Assembly (NCBI GenBank): GCA_964373415.1
Contig: CAYJUT010000001.1
Span: forward strand, 1 to 50,892
DNA: 50,892 nucleotides
Source: an uncultured archaeon
GTDB taxonomy: Archaea; Aenigmatarchaeota; Aenigmatarchaeia; GW2011-AR5
Direction: 5' to 3'
Shown: piece by piece, positions 44,843 to 50,892 of the stretch
Layout: the number at the start of each line of letters is the position of its first letter
Position numbering within the stretch: the first letter of the stretch is position 1
Notes under the pieces: model-generated
Database searches by the model: none
The model's input: the letters and a program-made list of their open reading frames with translations, nothing else
Told to the model about the DNA's origin: nothing
Program-made: the position numbers and the translations under genes

Positions 44843-45784
44843 ATGCGTAAATACAAAATTTTTATGTTCGGAGTAAGCATAGCTATGTTATTAGCCTTGG
44901 TGGCTTATAACAACCCGTTTGTTCTTGGTAATCTACTAGTAAACAGTAACTATAATTTTATAATTGCTGGATTTTTTGTCGCGTTCTTAACAATGGTATT
45001 GGGCGTCTTGAAATGGAAGTTGCTATTAAAAAAGGTGGGTTTTGTAGTGCTGTTTCCAATACAAATTCTCGGTTTTACAGTAAGTAATTTTACACCGGGA
45101 AAGGTCGCAGAGCCTGCAAAAACAGTTATCTTAAAGATGAGGACAGGCATACCCGTTTCCACCTCTCTTACATCAATAATTTGGGAGAGATTAATAGACG
45201 TCATGGTTCTAGTTTTATTTGCTGCAATAACGATATCCAGTCTTTCACTTTCTTCAGAATTTTTTGTAATAGGTCTGCTAAGCATTTGTATTTTTTCTGC
45301 TATAATTCTTATTTCGGTCGCGGTGCTTTTTAACAAACGGTTTGGAATAAAGATATTCTATATAATTAAAAAATTGCCTGTACTGAAACGCTTGCCAGAA
45401 AATTTTATGGATTTGTTTTATAAAGTACGAATAGATAAAATAGCATTGTCGAAATGTTTCATAACAACGCTAATAGCATGGACCGGGGAGGGATTAGTGC
45501 TTTACTTCACTTTATTGGCATTCGGTGTGCAAATTAATCCTGTTATATTGGCTGGAATTGTTGCGCTGTCTGTTGTAATAGGCATAGCATCTTCACTGCC
45601 AGGAGGACTTGGAACAACAGAAATTGTCATGGCCGTTTTACTTGGTTTGGTCGGGGTTGAAAATAGCATAGCAGTGACCGCTGCGATAACGTTCAGGTTT
45701 ATGACATTTTGGTTTGTTAACCTAGTTGGTGGACTGTCATTCATTTATCTCAGTAGAAAGTTCGAGCTAAAAAATATAATTTAG
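44843..45784 (+). CDS. Flippase-like membrane protein (UPF0104 / LPG-synthase TM family)
   Basis: 313 aa with about 8 TM segments. The layout is typical of this family, which often sits next to GT2 genes. Confidence 0.6.
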   Translation: MRKYKIFMFGVSIAMLLALVAYNNPFVLGNLLVNSNYNFIIAGFFVAFLTMVLGVLKWKLLLKKVGFVVLFPIQILGFTVSNFTPGKVAEPAKTVILKMRTGIPVSTSLTSIIWERLIDVMVLVLFAAITISSLSLSSEFFVIGLLSICIFSAIILISVAVLFNKRFGIKIFYIIKKLPVLKRLPENFMDLFYKVRIDKIALSKCFITTLIAWTGEGLVLYFTLLAFGVQINPVILAGIVALSVVIGIASSLPGGLGTTEIVMAVLLGLVGVENSIAVTAAITFRFMTFWFVNLVGGLSFIYLSRKFELKNII

Positions 45785-46863
45785 CGTAGCCCGAGTCCAA
45801 GTGAGATTCCAAGTTTCAGCATTTTTAATTTCGGTAATTTTATCAATGCTCTGCTAAATCTGTCGTAGTCGAATGTTTCTAAAGTATCGATATTTGGACC
45901 TATTTCCATGAATAAGTGATCTATATCAGCATTTGTAAGATTTCTGTAAAGCATTCTTAATAGGAATTGTTTATCGATCTCCCACGCGAAATCTTTTTTC
46001 CATGCAGACTCGTATTTTTTAAAAAATCTTTCATCGAATCTGTTATTGCCAAATGCGGCGCTAATAGTTTCTGCCGCATGTGTCGCCGCCATTAAACTAA
46101 ACATTATGCCTCCGCCTGTGAGTGGTTTATTTTGTCCGCATGCATCTCCGACAAGAATAAGGCGGTTTCCGTAGCTCTTTACATAACCAGTTGGTATAAG
46201 ATACGCATAAATTTCCCCGGCCGGAAGGAATTGATCCTTCTTAAAATGTTTCAGGTATATGCGCGGTCTGACAGAGGATATCGTGCCGTATTCGTTGTTT
46301 TGTGGTATTACCCAAGAAAAAAAGTCCGGTGAATAAAATTTATTGAAGAATACATTTATGTTCCCGTCTAGCTTGTTTTTTGTCTTTACCATAACACCAA
46401 GAGAGAGAAATGGCCTTTGTATGCGAGCGTATCTGCGTACTATGGAATTGGCGCCGTCGGCGCCGACCACTATTTTGCCTTCGTATACGCAGTTGACACC
46501 ATGAACACTGACAGAATCCCTGCCGAATTTTACGCCTAACACGTTGTCATAGACAATTGTAGCATTTTTTCGTGCATTAATCCTAAGGAAGTGGGAAAAT
46601 ATTTCACGTCTTATTATGTACGCAAATGGTTTTCGGCTGTTCAGAGTAAACATGTGGCCGGATGGAGAAAATGCACTCATTCTGTTTATTTCATTCTTTA
46701 TGAAATTCTCCCCGAAAAAATCTAGGAAGTCTTTTGATACAATTCCGCTGTCCTTTAGTACTATGTTTTTATTCTTTTCTATAAGCAATACATTAAGTCC
46801 GTCTAGCTTACTGGCTAGGTATGCACCAGCAACGCCGCCGCCGACTATGATGACATCGTACAT
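45781..46863 (-). CDS. Geranylgeranyl reductase family FAD-dependent oxidoreductase
   Basis: It has MYDVIIVGGGVAGAYLA (FAD dinucleotide-binding fold) and GDACGQNKPLTGGGI. Confidence 0.8.
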   Translation of the reverse strand: MYDVIIVGGGVAGAYLASKLDGLNVLLIEKNKNIVLKDSGIVSKDFLDFFGENFIKNEINRMSAFSPSGHMFTLNSRKPFAYIIRREIFSHFLRINARKNATIVYDNVLGVKFGRDSVSVHGVNCVYEGKIVVGADGANSIVRRYARIQRPFLSLGVMVKTKNKLDGNINVFFNKFYSPDFFSWVIPQNNEYGTISSVRPRIYLKHFKKDQFLPAGEIYAYLIPTGYVKSYGNRLILVGDACGQNKPLTGGGIMFSLMAATHAAETISAAFGNNRFDERFFKKYESAWKKDFAWEIDKQFLLRMLYRNLTNADIDHLFMEIGPNIDTLETFDYDRFSRALIKLPKLKMLKLGISLGLGLR

Positions 46864-46920
46864 TTTATCGCATAAAGTAGTATATTTAAAATTTATAAAC
46901 GTCTCAAAAAGGTATTAAAA

Positions 46921-47757
46921 ATGATTTATGAAAAGTTTGAGAGGTATTGGAAAATATGGCTGTGGATACCAGTAATTATGCTCATTATATCAGTTGGCGT
47001 AATCGTTAACAACATAGCCACAACTGGTTCTTTCATGAAAAAGGACATAGAACTCACGGGTGGTAAATCCGTTACATTCCAGATAAATTCCGCGGATCTC
47101 GATTCAATAAAATCGTCATTACCTTACGCCAGTGTACACGTAACCAGTGGCGCAGTGAAAAATTTGATCATTGATTTTCCATTCGAGAAGGACACACAGG
47201 ACGTATTGGACACCGTTAATGAATTTGCTTCTGTAAATGGCCAGCCAACACTACAAGAAATAGGGCCGTCAATAGGCAACATATTTTTTCAACAGACTCA
47301 GCTGGCGCTAATAGTCGCATTCATTCTCATGGCCATAACAGTTTTTATACTGTTCCGGTCGGTTGTGCCATCACTCATAGTCATATTGGCTGCTACTGCC
47401 AACATTACAATAACAATAGCGGTTCTCCACATGACTGGAGTATCGCTTTCGTTGCCTGTAATAGCTGCCCTACTCATGGTAATAGGGTACTCTGTAGATA
47501 CGAATATGGTACTTACTTCGGAGCTTCTGAAGAGTAATAACAGGAATGTCAGCAATGGTATAAAGAAAGCGATGAAAACCGGTCTTACTATGACTGCGAC
47601 AATCTTTGTTGCCCTAATTGCCATGTACTTCCTTGCTGGCTCTGTTGTGATAGAGCAAATAGCTTTTGTGTTAATTATCGCAACGTTGTTCGACGCACCC
47701 ACGACATGGATGACTAATGCAGGGGTACTAAGGTTGTGGCTCGCTAGGAAGAGGTGA
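46921..47757 (+). CDS. secF: Protein-export membrane protein SecF
   Basis: It has one TM segment, a periplasmic domain and a 5-TM C-terminal core (GYSVDTNMVL). Confidence 0.85.
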   Translation: MIYEKFERYWKIWLWIPVIMLIISVGVIVNNIATTGSFMKKDIELTGGKSVTFQINSADLDSIKSSLPYASVHVTSGAVKNLIIDFPFEKDTQDVLDTVNEFASVNGQPTLQEIGPSIGNIFFQQTQLALIVAFILMAITVFILFRSVVPSLIVILAATANITITIAVLHMTGVSLSLPVIAALLMVIGYSVDTNMVLTSELLKSNNRNVSNGIKKAMKTGLTMTATIFVALIAMYFLAGSVVIEQIAFVLIIATLFDAPTTWMTNAGVLRLWLARKR

Positions 47758-49499
47758 AAAGAATGAAATACTCCTTAAGAATAGTTTTGTGGATAGTAAT
47801 TCTAGTATTGGCGTCCATGACAGCATTTTATGTGAATTCTACATTCGTGATAGTGCCTTTTGTGGTGCTATCCTTTGTGTTGCTGATGCCAAGAGACTTG
47901 CTGAGAAGCCCTCGAATCCTCTTGTGGGCATTCTTTATTATAATATCCTTACTGCTGATAGGATTCAATCTTAATGCAAGTGGGTTTGTTGTAACAGGTG
48001 TCAGCAGCCAGGCCACTGGAATTGGAATCAAAGAAGTGATATACAAGATAAATGATTTACCAGCTGATTCTCAGATCAACAATAACTTCTCCGGTACTGT
48101 AAAGATCGATACTAACAGAGGTACAAAATTCGTCCGTGTAAACGGAACGCTAGGAATTGAAATTGAACCGGTATCAGCCACAAACTTGAGGTTCGGTCTT
48201 GATCTAAAGGGTGGTGTGCGCGCGGTTCTGGAGCCTAATGTAAGTGACAATGCTACCATTGAACAAATAATATCGACATTGCAAACCAGGATAAATGTTT
48301 ACGGTCTGAGAGAAGCAGTTTTCAGGCCTTTATACAACGACGGAAAAGGTTTCATAGAAATCAGTATTGCGAGCGGCAACAGAGAAGAACTAAGGACACT
48401 ACTAGAGAACCAGGGAAAATTCGAGGCAAAAATAACCATAGAACCGCGACTTGTTAACAATCTGGGTATGATTAAATTGGGTCATCAGTATAATTTTTCC
48501 GCCAGTGGTGATACGATACTAATAAGCGGCATCGTAGTAAATGAGAAAGAGACGTTCGAACTTAATGACATACTATTTGAATTAGATACTATATCCCAGA
48601 ACAAGGTAAATATGACTGCAACCGTATTCGAGGGCAGTGATATAAAAACTGTTTTCTTTGACCCTCAACGGTCCAGAATAGAGTTAGCAGAAGGAGGGTA
48701 TAGATGGTCGTTTGCAGTGCAATTGAGCCAGGAAGGTGCACAAAGGTTCGCGCTGGTGACAAGTAATCTTGATGTGGTTCCTGGTACTGGTTCGTTAAGT
48801 TCTCCGATAGTGCTTTATCTCGACAATAATCTTGTTGATTCGCTAAGCATCTCATCTACGCTAAAGGGAAGATCAGAAACTGAGATATCTATAAGCGGGT
48901 CTGCCGAAAGCCAGACATCAGCAGCACAGGCACGCGCACAGTTGCAATCAATATTGCGCTCTGGTGCTTTGCCGACAGAAGTTAAAATAGTCCAGCTCGA
49001 CACGGTTTCGGCTGTTCTTGGGATAGGCTTCCTCAAGAATGCGATGTTAGCGGGCTTTGTAGCCATAATAGGAGTTATAATGATTGTTTCGATTAGGTAC
49101 AGAAAAATAAAAATTGTTTTACCGATGTTAGCCATTTCACTGAGTGAAATACTGATAATACTCGGTATCGCATCGTTCATAGGATGGACGATAGATCTGC
49201 CGGCGATTGCAGGAATAATTGCATCCGTAGGGAGTGGCATAAATAGCCAGATAGTAATCATCGACCAGGCATTGAGACGTGAGGCAGAAGCCGCTTCCTT
49301 GCGCGAAAAACTGAAGAATGCGTTCTTTGTAATCTTTGGCGCTGGCGGCACTGTAATAGCTGCTATGTTGCCTCTTATGATAATAGGATTTGGTCTGCTG
49401 AGAGGCTTCGCCATAACAACTATTATAGGCGTGCTTGTTGGCATCTTAGTTGCGCGGCCAGCGTATGGTGCAATAGTACAAAGAATAATCAAGGACTAG
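47754..49499 (+). CDS. secD: Protein-export membrane protein SecD
   Basis: It carries GLDLKGGVRAVLE and a C-terminal TM core (GSGINSQIVIIDQ). The GTG at 47754 overlaps the secF stop, and an alternative ATG lies at 47763. Confidence 0.85.
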   Translation: MKRMKYSLRIVLWIVILVLASMTAFYVNSTFVIVPFVVLSFVLLMPRDLLRSPRILLWAFFIIISLLLIGFNLNASGFVVTGVSSQATGIGIKEVIYKINDLPADSQINNNFSGTVKIDTNRGTKFVRVNGTLGIEIEPVSATNLRFGLDLKGGVRAVLEPNVSDNATIEQIISTLQTRINVYGLREAVFRPLYNDGKGFIEISIASGNREELRTLLENQGKFEAKITIEPRLVNNLGMIKLGHQYNFSASGDTILISGIVVNEKETFELNDILFELDTISQNKVNMTATVFEGSDIKTVFFDPQRSRIELAEGGYRWSFAVQLSQEGAQRFALVTSNLDVVPGTGSLSSPIVLYLDNNLVDSLSISSTLKGRSETEISISGSAESQTSAAQARAQLQSILRSGALPTEVKIVQLDTVSAVLGIGFLKNAMLAGFVAIIGVIMIVSIRYRKIKIVLPMLAISLSEILIILGIASFIGWTIDLPAIAGIIASVGSGINSQIVIIDQALRREAEAASLREKLKNAFFVIFGAGGTVIAAMLPLMIIGFGLLRGFAITTIIGVLVGILVARPAYGAIVQRIIKD

Positions 49500-50683
49500 A
49501 AAGGCAGGTAAAAAATAATAGTTGGCAGTATAAGAATTCCCATCAACACACCTCTTCTTACTCTGCAGAGATTTGCAAAAATGCCAAGTGCGGTGCAGAT
49601 TGCTAAAAGAAGTAGTCCATAAATTCCTGTAAACAAAGCTGTCATAATTATTATTAGAATGATTATTGCCTTGCTTATTACTGCATAATTAATTTTCTCC
49701 ATTACGCCTAATACCCTCTTTGCCGCAACAAGCGTTATGATGGCTGATAATCCTGAGACAAAAAGAGCGACGCCAACTATGAAAATAAATTCGTTGAAAC
49801 CTATGATAGTAAGTTGTCCCAGTACAACTGCTATACCACTTCTGGATTTTTCTATCAGCCACAGAGATAAGATAGAGAGAAGTGTATTAGATATGGTTAT
49901 TGCGCCTATTGTCATTAAGAACGACTTCTCGTTCTTATCAACGCTTGCAAGTGAGGCTATCTCACTCGAGCCGACACCTGGGAGCATTCCTGACGATATT
50001 CCTCCAAAGCTGCCAAAAATTATGGCTCTCCGTTGCAAACGACCGCTGACATGTATTTCTTTTCTCATTTTAGGTATTTTTATTTTCTTGTTGGAGCTGA
50101 AAAGAAGTAAACTTACTCCGAACAATCCGGAAAGTATGGGGAACAAAATAAAAGTTCTTTCTATCGGCAGTTGCTGAGATGTAAGACCAATTATACCTGA
50201 TAGGGCGAAACATGAGAAGGAAATAATTCTCAACTTCGTACCTCTTTCGGATAAAATCATGAAACCTGCGATGAATATCAGTATAGCATAGGTAACTGGT
50301 CTAATAAAATTATAGACGGGTGGCGCGGCAAAAATTATCACTGGTAGCAGAGCCGTTATGATGGTAATAGATCCGAGACCACCAATGACGGCCAGTTTGA
50401 TTGCGTCGTAACCACTACCTTGAAGAAGCATTCTATGGCTTGGTAATACCGACAGCTCCTTGCCGTCGTCTGCGGCCCCAAGAAGCATTGAAGGTATGAA
50501 ATCGACAAACGTGTTCGATATTCCAATCGAAACAATAAATGCTATCAAATGTGGCACAGGTATGTTCAACTGTGTCAATACTGGGACTAGCAGAATTATC
50601 ATGTTGGGATGCAATCCAGGTATTAGTCCGAAACCTACACCAACAAGAAGGCCAAGGAAGATAAAAAGTAAAATATCCAGCAT
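49496..50683 (-). CDS. TctA-family/DUF112 membrane permease
   Basis: 395-aa polytopic protein with GFGLIPGLHPNM and MLPGVGSSE repeats typical of TctA-like proteins. Confidence 0.65.
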   Translation of the reverse strand: MLDILLFIFLGLLVGVGFGLIPGLHPNMIILLVPVLTQLNIPVPHLIAFIVSIGISNTFVDFIPSMLLGAADDGKELSVLPSHRMLLQGSGYDAIKLAVIGGLGSITIITALLPVIIFAAPPVYNFIRPVTYAILIFIAGFMILSERGTKLRIISFSCFALSGIIGLTSQQLPIERTFILFPILSGLFGVSLLLFSSNKKIKIPKMRKEIHVSGRLQRRAIIFGSFGGISSGMLPGVGSSEIASLASVDKNEKSFLMTIGAITISNTLLSILSLWLIEKSRSGIAVVLGQLTIIGFNEFIFIVGVALFVSGLSAIITLVAAKRVLGVMEKINYAVISKAIIILIIIMTALFTGIYGLLLLAICTALGIFANLCRVRRGVLMGILILPTIIFYLPF

Positions 50684-50696
50684 TATAATTTCTAGG

Positions 50697-50849
50697 TTAT
50701 AGCTCTACAAGGAAACAAACAGGGTACAAGGAAGAATTAAAAATTCTTCCTTGTACAAGAAAGAACTTCGTTCTTTCTTGTATTATTTCCTTGTGAGCTT
50801 ATAGTGAAGCAAATGTATAATATCTTGACTATTTATTTGCTTCACTATA
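50697..50849. repeat. Modular hairpin element, copy 2 (expanded)
   Basis: The same 25-nt arm (50697-50721) and 19-nt arm (50781-50799) as copy 1 are present. Here they are separated by 59 nt holding two perfect hairpins (50724-50737 / 50743-50756 and 50756-50766 / 50770-50780). A 15-bp perfect hairpin follows (50800-50814 / 50835-50849). Confidence 0.8.
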
Positions 50850-50892
50850 AGCTTCTTTCTTAAAGAAGCTTACAAGCTTTTAAATCGGCCGC

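Noticed and set aside
1-50892. CRISPR arrays, tRNA genes and rRNA genes.
   Set aside because: I saw no regular repeat-spacer periodicity and no GC-rich cloverleaf-like or rRNA-like segment. The repeated hairpins are irregular and only two copies share sequence. A tRNAscan or Infernal run is still needed for certainty.
50886-50892. The window ends in CGGCCGC, which resembles a NotI site and could be a cloning or adaptor remnant.
   Set aside because: It is only a partial site at the very edge, so a vector junction cannot be told apart from native sequence.

Overview
This window looks like an archaeal chromosomal segment. Genes are tightly packed, adjacent genes are often coupled by ATGA or TAAnATG junctions, ribosome-binding sites are GGTGAT-like, and family content fits (split AglB/STT3, PolX, geranylgeranyl reductase family, SecDF). 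Housekeeping genes sit at both edges: polX at 1-1707, and the reductase, secF/secD and a TctA-like permease at 45.8-50.7 kb. Between them lies a roughly 40-kb, visibly AT-richer surface-glycan island. It holds a GDP-D-glycero-alpha-D-manno-heptose pathway (hddA, gmhA, fused gmhB-hddC), seven short-chain dehydrogenase/reductase (SDR) sugar epimerase/dehydratase genes, and wecB. It also holds about ten GT2/GT4 glycosyltransferases, a Wzx-like flippase, at least five GT-C membrane transferases, a carbamoyltransferase module with SxtJ/SxtK-like partners, and four B12-binding radical-SAM (rSAM) paralogs. The strongest finding is a 150-aa mini-intein (33244-33693, minus strand) inserted at the third cysteine of the CX3CX2C iron-sulfur motif of one rSAM gene. 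That gene belongs to a repeated GT2 / B12-rSAM / GT-C arrangement, a candidate undescribed pathway that radically modifies lipid-linked sugars. Other observations: a 74-nt identical gene-conversion tract with an adjacent 60-nt deletion between two dehydratase paralogs, two homopolymer frameshifts, and a GC-rich IS200/RAYT-like element. There is also a two-copy modular hairpin element just upstream of two start codons, and further hairpin-dense intergenic regions. I found no rRNA, tRNA or CRISPR array by eye.
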